Source: the human T2T-CHM13v2.0 reference genome, Homo sapiens. From it: a DNA stretch of 64,000 bases. The notes under the pieces were generated by a model. It made no database searches. It had not been told where the DNA came from and was given only the letters and a program-made list of their open reading frames with translations. The stretch lies in the NCBI RefSeq assembly GCF_009914755.1, contig NC_060928.1, one strand, 5' to 3'. The position numbers were made by a program, and so were the translations under genes. The first letter of the stretch is position 1. Each line of letters begins with the position of its first letter. Below are positions 30,693 to 43,340 of the stretch, piece by piece.

Positions 30693-32199
30693 TCTGTGCA
30701 TGTGTCTTTACATCAGAATGCTTTGTAGTCTTTCCCTGCTATAATCAAGGGTATACAGCGCCAGATTACTGGCTTTGTAGGAGGAATGAGCTGGAAATAA
30801 ATGGTTGAAAAAGTAGGAAATGGTAATTAGTTAGGTGATCTAGAAACTCTCAGATCCCATCCTTGGCCTACCACACTTCCCTGAAAAACCTCCAAGGAAT
30901 ACATATGCACAGAAGAGAATGTGTGGCAAACACAAGCACTTTACTATTATCTGTGTCTTTGACCAGTAGTTCTGTGCATTTCCTTGGGGATCTAACCTGG
31001 ACCTCGTGGAGAATCCCCAAACACCTACTTAGACTGGAAGCTGTCCCAGGTTCCTCCTTTCCCACTGCCTCTTTCTGGTTCCCACTTGGCTTCTAAGGGG
31101 ATAGGGGATAGAGGGGGCACATATTCCTAACTGGGACCAGGGCCTGATCCTGTTTTACTTTGCAGGGAAGAAGCAAATTCAGAGACAGGTTTTTGGGTTC
31201 TTTCCATGAGAGAACAAATCCTGGAGACCTGCGTCCTTTAATCCTCACTTTCTGGCACACTCCGATTTTGACTTCTATCCTAAATCCTATGAAAATTGTT
31301 AGCCTGAGGACCAAAAAATGATACATCCATAGCAGATGGATGAAGGATAGCAAAACAGTGATGGTATAGTACAGAGGTTGGTGGGGAAGCTATCAGTGAG
31401 CAGTATGCATTGACCTGATGGATGTCCAGCTCATGATACTATCTTTATTCATCCTGTGCACTAATTTTCTGAGTCAACTAACCTCTATCTATTTTAAGTT
31501 TGGGTGAAATCATTTCAGCAAAAGGATAAGATAAATACACATGAGTCACATTTGACCAAGACCTTTATGCGTTTTAGTGGAAATGATTTGATGTGCACTT
31601 TGGGATTGAATACCTTCAGAGAAGAGAGTCGCTCACCAAATACCTGAAACAAGTATTCTCCAAATCTGCAGCTGATGGATTTAGCTAATGGAAACAATAA
31701 TTATGGAGTTTCATCTTTTTTTTGCCCAAACCTATCACTAAGGCTTTGCCAAACTTTCAAACATATCAAATCAAACTTACTAGCTCATACAGTTTCCAAG
31801 CTATATTACATAATAGGGCTGTGTGCGGTTCTATGAAGCTAGGCCCACCTTTTCTAAGAATGGAGATTCGTTTACTGTTCTACCTAGAATAAATGGCTAA
31901 GCATGGGCAAGGAGTTTCAAAGAAGTCTTGATGAATTGAGATAATTCTGGGACAAAACACCTATTTGAGTCCCAACAGATAAATATTACTATTTTATCAC
32001 CTACATGTATAGTTTCTCTTGCTCCTTAAATTTTGCCTCCTGTTGGTGCAATCTTCAGGAGTGTGTTTTGTATCTATGTTTTCTAAAGTGGAATTCAATG
32101 TGGTAGATACTATTACTTGACAGGTCAAAAGCTATAACCTCTTTCTGCCTAACAAAATCCCGAGTTTGCCTCAGTGGGCTATGTACCAGCTCATGAATC

Positions 32200-32520
32200 A
32201 TGATCCAACCCATTGTGACAATTCTTTCTGCTTTGCCAGATACTTGCTATTTAGCCTTCTTTTCAGCAAGACATGGCCATATGACTCAGTTCTGGCCAAT
32301 ATGGCATAGAGGAATTCTTCCTGGGGCTTCTTTTTTCCTCCTTGATTAAAAAGAAAACATAGCCCCCTTCCTTCCTGCTTGAGACCCTGAAGTGAGGATG
32401 TGATTCTTTGAAGTACAGCAACCATCTTGCAATCATGGGGTAGCAAGCACGAGGAAGAAACGGCCATGCCCTGTGCATGGTAGAGCAGAAGGATGACTGG
32501 CCTGCTGCACTCAGTCACAT
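32200..32520 (+). mobile_element. Old ERVL LTR fragment (LTR33-like)
   Basis: ggccatatgactcagttctggccaat...cccttccttcctgc...gatgtgat...cagcaaccatcttgcaatcatg. Confidence 0.6.
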
Positions 32521-32619
32521 CCCTCTGCAATAAGATATGGTCCCAGGTAGTGAGGTTGAAGAGGTAGACCACTGCAGGCCACTTAGATACGTCATGAGAG
32601 AGGAAGCCTAAGGTGCTTC

Positions 32620-32965
32620 AAGAATAAGCAAAGATAGCACAAATGAGGGGCACCCATCTCAAAGTTCCGAAAGATGGTGCAGGCAGATCAGGAGTTAGCC
32701 AGACAAAGATGGATGGAAAAATCCCAAAAAGAAAGGAACCCAAGCAGAGAGACCAGCATGTCAAAAGCAATGCTATAAGAGAGAACATGGCCTGATTGCT
32801 GAGTTTCTGGGGTGTAGTTCAGGAAGATGGAGCATCAATGGCCAAGCAGGTAGTGAGGACAGATGAGGCTAGAGAGCAGGGCAGCATCCTGATCCTAAAA
32901 GGTCTCTCATGATGGATGGCAGATTTTGTACTTTATTCTGATGATGGAATGCTATTGAGGGAATA
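32620..32965 (-). mobile_element. L2 fragment
   Basis: Purine-rich antisense L2 signature (ggagttagccagacaaag...agatgaggctagagag...ttgtactttattctg). Confidence 0.6.
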
Positions 32966-33597
32966 CTAGATGTTATATGACTATATATCATACATTATAT
33001 TTTATATTCTAGAAGTTCTAAAACTTGGAGACAAAGAGATATGTTGGGGTGAGGAAGAATATGGGGGGATATAATGGATATTTAATCTTCTAACAAAATG
33101 CACAGACTTCACTCACTGTGTCTTACCCTGGGTCAGTGATATCCTAGGAAAAGCTCCTTTTGGTATCAACGGGAAGTTTTCACACATAAAGATTAGGGGG
33201 TCGTGTCTCTGAGTATGAAACACATGAGGCAGATTCTTAAGCTAAAGCATTCATACCAGCTGGGAAGAGGGGTTTTCCCGAGGAACAGTAACTTCCCTCT
33301 ACATCCAGGAAAGCCTCATGGTGTGGATGGGCGTCCAACAAGCAGGCTGTTCTGGCCCTCTTTGGGTGCTGACTCTGTGTTCCCAAGGGCCATTGATAAG
33401 CTAAGCAGGAATAGTGTAACCACAGGAATGCCTGCTGATAACAGGAAAGTAGGCGGCTGCATTCCTGAGCCATGGCTGATGCTGCTCCATCCACTGCCAA
33501 GGTGTAGAAAAAAGAGACAAAGTAGTAAATTCTAAAGATTTGTCAGTCTGGGTTGGCAGCTCTTAGAGAATGGATATGTGGCAAATATGTCTCTCCC

Positions 33598-33668
33598 TCT
33601 GTGTGTGTGTATGTTTGTGTGTGTGCGTGTGCGTGTGTGTGTGTGTGTTAGAGAGAGAGAGAGAGAGA
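33598..33668. repeat. (TG)n(AG)n compound microsatellite
   Basis: Directly visible. Confidence 0.9.
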
Positions 33669-33889
33669 AATCTGTGCCAGAGCTGAGGCACAGATCCTAT
33701 CTGTGTATAGAGGTGTGCTACTCTAGTGCCCTGTCTCCAAGCCTTCAGGGAAGACTACTTGACCAACTATTACTCCTGCTTCAGATGTGGAACCTGCTAG
33801 AAGCCTGCCTTTACCTTCTAATACTTTGACTCTAGCAGCCTGAGAGCCACACAATTCAAAATGCAAACTGGGCTCTCCACGATCTCTAC

Positions 33890-34282
33890 CTACCACTTCA
33901 TCCTCCTTCCCCGCCACTTCTCTAAAACCAGCTTTCATGAACACACACCTGCTTTGCACATGATTTCTCTTCTGCTTGGCAGAATCCTATGTACCTTTCA
34001 AGATCAGCTTAGGAGTCCCTTTCTCTAGGAAGGAGATTTTCCCTCCTCCTAGCTCCTCACGGAAATGATAACTATACCTCTCAGGGTTCCTTTTATTCCT
34101 TAAACAGTGTCCCTTAACTCATTGGATCCTTCTTTACATTTTTACAAGTCTCTCTTGCATTAGACTGGGCCATGAGCTCTTGAAAGTAGGAACATGTTTT
34201 ATTTATGCCTGTATCCTCAGTGCCTGGCATTTGATAGTAGACTCAATATATTTTCTCAGTGAAAATTAAGGGATGAATGAAT
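33890..34282 (+). mobile_element. L2 3' end
   Basis: tgagctcttgaaagtagg...tgtatcctcagtgcctggca...tagtagactcaata...atgaatgaa. Confidence 0.7.
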
Positions 34283-34394
34283 TTTAGGTAAAAATAAGAG
34301 GCTATTTTGAGATTTCTTGATAAATATCTTTGAAGCAGTTTGGGAATACAAATATAATAATTGGTAAAAATCTCTGTTAAAAAGGATGTTCAGA

Positions 34395-34905
34395 CTATCT
34401 CAGCCTGGTGTTCATGGTAAAAATCAATAATGATAAGTTAGTCATGTTGATAGCCTGTACCTTTGGTATGATGGGAAGAGAATGGCACTTTGCCTCTGTG
34501 GTCTTCCTCCCAAAAACCCATGACCTCAGTTTCATCATGAGAAAAACCCCAGACAAATTCCAACCAGTAGACATTCTACAAAAATTTCTGACCAATACTT
34601 CTCAAACTGTCAGGGTCATCAAAATCAAGAAAAGTTTGAGAAACTATCACAGCCAAGAAGAAGAGTCTAAGAGTCATGAGGACTAAATGTAATGTGGTCT
34701 CCTGGATGGGATTCTGGCACAAGAAAAGGACCTCAGGGAAGTTGGGAAACCTAGATGAAGCATGAACTTTAGCCAATAATAATATCCGTTTTGGTTCATT
34801 AATGATAACAAATGTGCCATACTAGTGCAAATTCCTGATAACAGGGGAATTAGGTGCAGGTATATGGAGACTCTTTACAACTTCTCTATAAATATAAACT
34901 CCTCT
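34395..34905 (+). mobile_element. Old L1M (L1MC-type) 3' UTR fragment
   Basis: tcttcctcccaaaaacccat...atcatgagaaaaaccccagacaaattcc...actaaatgtaatgtgg...ctggatgggattctgg. Confidence 0.8.
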
Positions 34906-35086
34906 TTAAGAAACAAAGCATTCAGGCATTGCTATGAGCTATTGGAGCAGAGAAAGATCAGGGAAGCTTCAATATGGAAGGTTCTGAATATAAGGATTTT
35001 GAGTAATTAACCCAGGTTAAATTTCTTCAAAGGATCATGGATTTCTACCATTGTTCTTGCAGACACACGTGCACACTCTCAGTTAT

Positions 35087-35089
35087 CTT

Positions 35090-35129
<40 letters not shown>

Positions 35130-35136
35130 TACACAC
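35087..35136. repeat. (CT)n(CA)n microsatellite
   Basis: Directly visible. Confidence 0.9.
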
Positions 35137-35449
35137 AAAACTGAACATTCATGTCTGTCCACACAAAAGTGTGAGGAGAGGCCATCCAGGGACAAAAACT
35201 ACCAATTGAGGGAAAGAGTAGAGAACAGAATGAAGGAGGAGGTGAGCAAAATAAATTGTTAAGGTGCTGATTCATCTCTCCTGCCACTGTACAGGTAGAG
35301 ACCTCAACTTAATTTAATCTATTTTTGGAAATTAAAAAATACATCATTTTATTTTGGATAAGATCTTTGGAGTGACACAGGGTAAGAATCATTTCCTTTG
35401 ACCTGGTTGATTTCACTGTGATATAAATGTAATAAAGTTAGCTTCATTT

Positions 35450-35805
35450 CATTATTATGAGACATTCTTTCTTGTCTACTGCTGTAACTCTAATTCTTGG
35501 AACAATGCCTGGGATATAGTTGTCACTCAATAATTATTTACTCATAAATGAATACACGACAAACATCTGTGCTAATGGCAAGTAATTCCATGTACACTGT
35601 CATACTTGTGCCTCTTGAGAACTCCATCTTGAAGATTCTTAAGGTCATAGAAGAAGCAATAGCAAGGGACAGAACTAGGGCTTGAACCCAGATCTGCCTG
35701 GGTGCAAATTTCATGCTGTTTTGGGACTGACCTGGTGCTTTAATTCCTTTTGTGTCCTTAGTTCCTGGCAAGTAATAGGCATTCCACAAATATTTATTAA
35801 AATAT
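35450..35805. mobile_element. Cluster of L2/MIR relics
   Basis: L2-type tails at about 35490-35550 and 35750-35800; MIR-like cagaactagggcttgaacccagatctgcctg at about 35670-35700. Confidence 0.5.
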
Positions 35806-36074
35806 ACATCTTCTTTGCATAATATCACTTCTGAGCGTTTGGTAGGGAATTTATTCTAGCCTTTGTCCTTCGACCCAGGGCTGCAAGTGTTTGCAGCTAC
35901 CATAGCCTTAAGTATTTGCTCATAACCACAGATGCTGGCCTTACTCTTAGGTTAAAGGCAACAAAAGCCTAATTAACAGTCTTGGCCATATAAATTAATT
36001 TCCATCTGAAACCATATTCATTTTTTTGAATTACCATACCCCACCACTGATTTATTATATATGGGATTTGTCAT

Positions 36075-36359
36075 ATATAACATGAGTTTTATATATATAT
36101 ATATATAATACATATATATAAAATATATATATAATATATATATAAAATATATATATAGAGAGAGAGACAGAGTTCATATATATGTTTATATAGACATATC
36201 ATTTATATATGTCTATATAAATTCTATATATAGTTTGTATTTCTATAGAAATTCTATATATAATTTATATGTATATATAAACATAAACTCTCTCTATATG
36301 TGTATGTATATATATATGCACACACATGTAGAGTTTACATATATATGTTTATATATAAA

Positions 36360-36398
<39 letters not shown>
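36075..36398. repeat. (TA)n-rich low-complexity tract with (GA)n and (TG)n
   Basis: Directly visible. Confidence 0.92.
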
Positions 36399-36928
36399 GC
36401 CTAAACTGGCCCTCTATGTCTGACTTTGTAGGACTGGTGGGCTGTGGAATCTCTTCAGGAGATTATAATCCTATGAGTTGATTTTTTTTTGAGATAAAGC
36501 ACAAAGAATGAGATTTATGCACACAAAGACAACAGGTGGAACTGGCATAGCATTTACCCTTGGTCTGAGAGATGGCCTGGGCCACTTTGAGAAAGGAGTA
36601 GAGCTAGAAGCTGGCAGCCCAGCTTTTAGGAGAGCCTGTGAGAATATAGTCCTGCTTCAGTCCCCACAGGGCACAACTGAGTAGGGGACACTGGCTTGTG
36701 GCTCAGGCACTCCCAGGACTGCCGCACTGGAAACAATTCATACTTGTGGCATGGACCTGGCTGATTCCACAGAGGACATTGGGAACAGGCTACGTCGAGG
36801 TTCCTGGAGGAAAGAGCAGGAAAATGGGAACAGGAGCAGACATATTTCTGAGCTCTCTGGAGAAGCCACCGTGGGATGCCTAGAACAGATGGAAGGCGGC
36901 TTGAGAGCATGCTGAGCTCCTCCAGTCA

Positions 36929-36994
36929 TGATGAGGAGGGTAAAGGGCTGCCGTAGTTTGGTGATGAGGAGGGTAAAGGGCTGCCGTAGTTTGG
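36929..36994. repeat. Perfect 33-bp tandem duplication
   Basis: tgatgaggagggtaaagggctgccgtagtttgg at 36929-36961 and 36962-36994. Confidence 0.97.
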
Positions 36995-39591
36995 ACGGTA
37001 ACATTACTAAGACTTCACATAGGAACGAAGCCTGGAAGTATTCAGGTTATGGGGATAGCTACCCAACAATGACTAGTATATGCAATTTGGATATTAGAAT
37101 AGTTATTATTAAGGAAATGCCTAAGTGAAAAAAACCCTGAGGCTTCTTTGACAGAAGGAGAAAGTAATGCCAAGTGACAGGTGAATAAGTCTTGTTGGTT
37201 TTGGCTTACTGAAATTAAAGGGATTGGTATGAATGTTGTCACTTGATTTTCTTGATAAGTAGTTGATAACTAGCATTAGCAAGAAAATTTTGCAATAGTA
37301 AATTTCATTACTAAAGGAATAGTGACCAATCCTCTACACACCATTATTTTAAAATAGTAATGGTTTCTCATGGTTAGAAATACTGTAGTAGGTCTTAGAT
37401 GCCTCTAATCATTACCCTAAAATCTATCTCTTTCTCTTAAGTGGCTGGGGGGAAAGTGATCTTGAATTTGTTTTCTTCCAAGACTTTATAAGGCAGAGGA
37501 ATGGGATTGCTAGTTGTCACTTACAGCCTGGGCCAAGGAACTTGAGAAACGAAGTTTTAGTGGGAGGCACAAGGCTAAAAGGAATTTTTTAAAAGGCACA
37601 TGCATAACATTTAAAAAATTATTTCTTGTCTTTTAAAAATCCTTTCTGAATTACAAGTGATAAATAGGTTGAGCATTAAGGAAATGAAGTAGTCTTCAAA
37701 TTATGGCTTTATCAAGCTTCAAAATCTGCAATGAAAATTTTAGACAACTTGAATCAAATCAGTTACCACTCAGCTAAGAGTAATAACTTTTATGCTTTTC
37801 TAATTAAACAGATTTCTACAGACTTGTTTCGATAAGGTATTTTGTTCATTGTTCAAGTAGACATTTCTCCTTCTATGCTAAAATATTTTGAAATAAAAGA
37901 CCTTTACCTTATTGCCACACGTTTCCCATTGCTCTACACATAGTAGGAGTGTGAGATCCCTGTCTGCTCACCTTCGTAAAGTTTCCCATTGTCTGCACAT
38001 AGTAGGAACTCCATAACTACATGAATGGCAGTGTTTGCCTTGTAGACTGCAAAATTCTGTCGTCATTTTCTTTCTTCTTTCCAATCTTGGATATTTGTGT
38101 ACCTGTGAAATACATTAGTTGAGTTTTATCAGTGGAAATCTCAGGATACAGTTAATAAATTTTGCAATAACTGAAGTTTAGTAACTTGATGAGTTATAAG
38201 TAATTTCCTTGAAAATCAAGAACAGGTTTTCTGTTACTCTATTTTAGAAGATTGTAAAGTAGCCTCCATAATACTTTTTTTCTTCCAGGAGTGTAAAGAG
38301 ACTGAAATTAGGGAGAAGAACCAGTAAATACAGTATATAGTATACATCCTTTATTACTTATTCACGAGAAGTTGAATACCTCCCTAAAAAAACTCCATCA
38401 AAAGTTATTTTTTTAAGTGTATGTTGACATTTCCTTATAGTTTTTGGCATGGTTATCTCAACTCTGTTGCACACAGTGCATTGCTGAGAATGTATTTTTC
38501 CAAAATTTTTATTTCACTCCCAAGATAGTGCTAGAAACAAGTCAATCATTGTTTCTGGAAGAAATTGAAATTAATATTACCCTTGAGGATCAGGAAAGAG
38601 CAGATGAAACCAAGAAAGTGTAATGTGCTTCATATGGCTGGGAATCAAATACTGAACCAATCATATTTTGGCATCTGACATTAAATCTTATTGTTCCTAT
38701 TTGTAATAGTATTTTCTCTCTTATACTGCCTCTGTGCTTTGAATAAATGAGGGTGCTCACAGCTGAGCTGATTGCCATGGTTACAGGCAATCTGTGTGTT
38801 ACATCTCCTGGAAGCAAAAAATTGGGTAGTTGAAGGTAAACATTGTCCTTCTTTTACTGAGAACGGTTCTCTCCAGGTGGCACCCCTGACTCATGCTCCC
38901 ATTGAAAACTTTTAAGGAATGCATTAAGGTTCAGGTGCTAGTCCACCCTCCTGTCCTGCTCATAAATGCACACCCTTGATGCCTGATGCTATTTTCATCT
39001 CCAAAAGGCCAGCTAGCTTGGTTTCTGGAGACTGGGGGCTGGGAGCAGGTTTAGAGTTGCAGACATAAATAAATCTGTGAGACCTATAAAGTTATATTTA
39101 TTATTATAATGTATTTGGTAAGCATTGGTTTTGCCATTGGCACCAGACAGTTGAATTTTGATACTTCTGATGTTGCAATAGCTAGCACTAACAGCGCTGG
39201 AACTAATGCCATGTCTTTCCTCTCTCCCCAGGGGGTTGTGGCGAGTTGAGCCTTCAAGCTCTGTGAGTAAAGAGCTGGGCTACATTCAATCTTGTTTAGT
39301 TAAATTCATTTTCCAAGCATGTATTTTTTTTCCTTTGCAATTCATCAATTCATTGATGTATTGACCCATTACAAGCAACAAACGCTGGGTGTGTGGTGGA
39401 GGCGGGTGGTGGGTGGGGCATTGGGATACATAAACTCCTTTAGGAAAGGGGTTGGCCAGACATCATGTTTTCCTAACTCCCAAACCACTTACCAGGTAAG
39501 AAAAGTACTTTACCCCTAGTCTTCTTGGCCAGGTAATCTCTCTGCACCCCCAGGGCTAGAAGATCATGGAATATGGTGGAAGAAAATGCCT

Positions 39592-39695
39592 CAATCATCC
39601 CAAGCATGTATTAAGAGCCTACTGTGTGCTGGGTGCTCTACTAGGCTCTGAAATTACAAAGATAAATTAGTTTCTTCTCTCTCAAGGAGCTGAGT
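39592..39695 (-). mobile_element. L2 3'-end fragment
   Basis: caagcatgtattaagagcctactgtgtgctgggtgctctactagg...ctcaaggagct. Confidence 0.7.
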
Positions 39696-42600
39696 CAAAC
39701 AATTGTTATCTTTCCAAGGATGAAAGAGTGAGCAATAAAAGATTTCTTTAGACTTTTCATTCAGGTTTTCCAAAGAACTTGACTGTGGCTGAGAGTAGCA
39801 TTTTCTGTTTGTTGAAAAAAATGTTGCATGTGTGAGAGGCCATGATTGACTCTGAATGTTTCAGTGATCATGAAGGGTGGAGCTAGTAACTTCCTTCTTA
39901 CTTTACACATTTTTCTGTATAGTTTAGTCCATATTTTGTATTTCCTTGTGTCCCCATTTAGTTTATTTTTTTCTATCTACTCTTTTTGTCCTCCTCATAA
40001 TATATTTATAGCTAATTTTTAGCCCCCTTTCTCTCTCTTATTATAGCTAATTCCCTTGGTGGTGTAGTTCTATTGAAATTGGAATAGAAATAGGGAAGTT
40101 AATATTATAATTCATTACCAATGAGTTCATACTTTTCTTTGCATAAGAAAGATATTCGTGGCATGAACTAAGCTGACTGGTTTGCTCCCTGGACGGAAGA
40201 CGTTTTATTTCTTTGTTACAGATCCAGCTTTTGGGCAAGGGTTGCTATTTTGTACAAAGCACTTTTTAAGCCTGATTCTGTTGTGCAGGAAGGCATCCAA
40301 AGAAAGCGCAATGTTTTAGGTAAACTGGTCAGTACCAGATCTTGATTGAGATGTATTCATTCCCTTTCTGTTTGTTTAGAGTGGTCTGGTCAGTCTTTTA
40401 GCGAAAATGTCTTTTAGAAAATGTTTGCTCATCTTCAGAATTAACTATGGGCAGAAAACCTTGCTCTCCTGTCCCTGAAAGAAGAGAACCCATCTAGAAT
40501 TGGACATACATTCCAACAATTTAGCTTCCATTTCAGAAGCTAGTTATCTTTAAAGAACTATCTGGTTGAATTTTAATACTGATGTGAGAGTTTTCAACAC
40601 ATTCAATATTCATGCCAGTTGCTTTTCCTTGCCAAAATGGGATACATTTTTATTTTGTCTAAATAGATTCTTTGGTGTTTGGGCTGTTCAGATAGATTTG
40701 CCTCATGGATTTCAGAAGGGTCCTTAAGCCTTTTCATCTTGATATTACTGAGATTATCTTACTTTTTGCAAGGATATGAAAAGGAAAGTGCAGTGTAACA
40801 GTGGGCCTGTCCTTTTGCCATTTTTGGCCACATTGTGGCTCCTGTGTTTGCTCGTGACAGTAGGGCACTTACAAACTGAGAACTGGACATGGACTAGGGC
40901 ATGAAAGAGGTATATCCATTCATGGAATGGAGAAAATCTTTGAATAGTTAGACTTTTGGCCAAATTATTAGAAGTATATTTTTGCAAACAATTTTAGGTT
41001 GCATTTTTTAGAGTCTAACATATCACTACATCAATCTCCCTGCTTTCTGAAGGTAATTGCCGCAAGAGGTATTAATCAGTTTCAGAAAGGGTGGATATTT
41101 GCAAACCTAGTAGGTCTCTAGGATTTTAGGCAGTGGTTAAAACAGTGGTGTGTTTTAGTACATCCCTCCACCCCATTACTCTCAAATCTCATAGATGGTA
41201 ACCCAATATGAAATTTACTCCCAGCAGACCACACAAACAGAAAGTAATTGGCAGGATTCACTTCTAAAGCTTTACAGAGATATTTGGTCTTCTAAGGAGA
41301 ATATTTTCAAGGGGGTTTGTGGAAACAATTGAAGATTAGGCATGATAGCTTGGTAGGTATAGAAGCAAGTCTGAAGGGCCACTTAAGTTTGGAATGATAA
41401 TGTGACATTGAAGAGATATCAAACAACACCAGGGTAATCCATCTTAGTAGGAGCCTTGGGTTATATATTATGGCTTTCCAAAATGGGCTCCTGAGCTGTG
41501 TCCTAGCTGTATTTTAAAATTAAAACAGGAACAGTACCTCTCTTCTTTGTTACTTCTTGGCTTAAGCCAAGAGAACTTAGATGCCTTCCTGAATATTGAA
41601 GTTTTTCCAACTCTCTGAAAACAAGTTGAAGGAGATGATGGGTTTGGTGTGTGTGCTGGTCAGCCAGCTGCATCCTCTACAGGTTCTTTTAAATATTTTG
41701 TTTTCTTCAGAGATTTTATTTCTGACTCTCAATTTGTAGTGTGGACATTGGCTAGGTATACCAGATTCAGAGTAAGTAGCTGAAATATTCCCAAGCAGGC
41801 AAACATGAAAAGAGATCTGAGCTGTTTTGTTTGTTAGTAGGAAAGGGGGTTGTTTTTACGTTTTCCACCAAACACCACTTTCACTCTTCCCTTTCCGCAT
41901 TCCCAGGGTGACTATGAGGAGTGACCTTCTCTACTATAGATTCAAGTTTTTATCTTACACTAAAACATAACATCCATGCAAACTAGGTTTTCTTCATCCT
42001 GGCTCTAAGTATTTCTTACTGTTTCTCTATTTTCTTTTTGGTTTCACTTGTCTCTGTGATCATGTATAAAACCAGAATCCCATTTAATTATTTAATGGTG
42101 TCATTTTGATAAAAGGACAAAGCCCTATTTTTCATGTAGTTATTTGTAAGGGTATAGTACAGAGAGTAGAGCTAACTTTTCAAGTAACCACATTTATGGG
42201 AGAATGGTGCAGTTAAAATGATCCTTAGAAACTAGTCAATAGACATAAATGTTAGAATTGAAAGTGCCATTAGATATCTGACAAGGTGGTAAATTATTCT
42301 AGGTCTCCATTTCCTCATTCTGACAAATGAGAATGTTGTGTTGATGTTTTCCCATTTTTTAAAACCCTAATATTCTATGGTTTAGAAATTTATAATCTAC
42401 AGACATTGATTATAGTAATTAAAAGTCCCTGTCACTGACCAAAGTACTATCTTTATGTTAACCAAGATTTAGAAGCATACCTCTGTGAAAGGAACATTCT
42501 TAATTTGGTGAAACTAAAGCTGGCAAGAATTCTACATTTAATAGTTCATATTGAAAAAGCTGTTCACTACCAAGTGAAAGAAAGACATTTCTACAAAGGC

Positions 42601-42830
42601 CATCGTGGGTAGTATTTGGAATTTGTGGACATCTGGAATGAATTCTCTTCCACCTTTTCATTGCTCTTCCTCCCTCCCTAGGAATCCCAAAGCCAGCATG
42701 CTCTTGAACTTCAATTTTCTGGATTGTGAATATATAGGTAATGGGGTAGAGTATGCAACCTTAAATCCCCATGGTTACAGAATCTTACAGTAACAAAAAA
42801 ATCCCTGTATATTAAAAATTCATATATCTT

Positions 42831-42978
42831 AGAGACAGGGTCTCACTGTGTCACCCAGGCTGGAGTGCAGAGGTGCAATCATAGCTCACTGTAGCCTTGG
42901 ACCTCTGGGCTCAGGCAATTCTTCCACCTCAGCCTCCCAAAGTGTTGTGATTACAGGCATGAACCACCATGCCCAGCC
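42831..42978 (-). mobile_element. Alu monomer (left-arm 5' half joined to right-arm 3' half; J/FRAM-like)
   Basis: The minus strand reads ggctgggcatggtgg...cactttgggagg...ggctacagtgagctatgattgca...gagaccctgtctct. Confidence 0.85.
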
Positions 42979-43159
42979 TAATATTTTAATAGAGAGCTAT
43001 ATAATTTTTAAAAATAGACATTGAAAGTAAGGGAATGTTTCTAAAGGAACCCTTAAAGGAAATATGGACATAAATTTTCTAGAAAAAAATCCTTGGTAAT
43101 TACAATATTTGGGAAAAAGAAAATCAGATTTTGTTAAAAGTTTACACTCAGATTCAAAA

Positions 43160-43340
43160 AGGTTTTATTTGGAACCTACCATATTCCAGGCACTCCGACA
43201 GATGTTTTATTTTTCATCCCATTTAATCCTCACATTGATACTGTAACAAAAGTATGATTATTTTATTTTCAGATGATGAAAGTGAAATCCATAAATGTAC
43301 TTGCCCAAGAATTTAAACTGAGTCTCTTGGATCCAAGTGT
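43160..43340 (-). mobile_element. MIR
   Basis: ccaggcact...catttaatcctcac...ttttcagatgatgaaagtga...acttgcccaag. Confidence 0.7.

Noticed and set aside
37921-38007. Repeat-spacer-repeat resembling a CRISPR unit
   Set aside because: Only two diverged units, no cas genes, and a primate genomic context.
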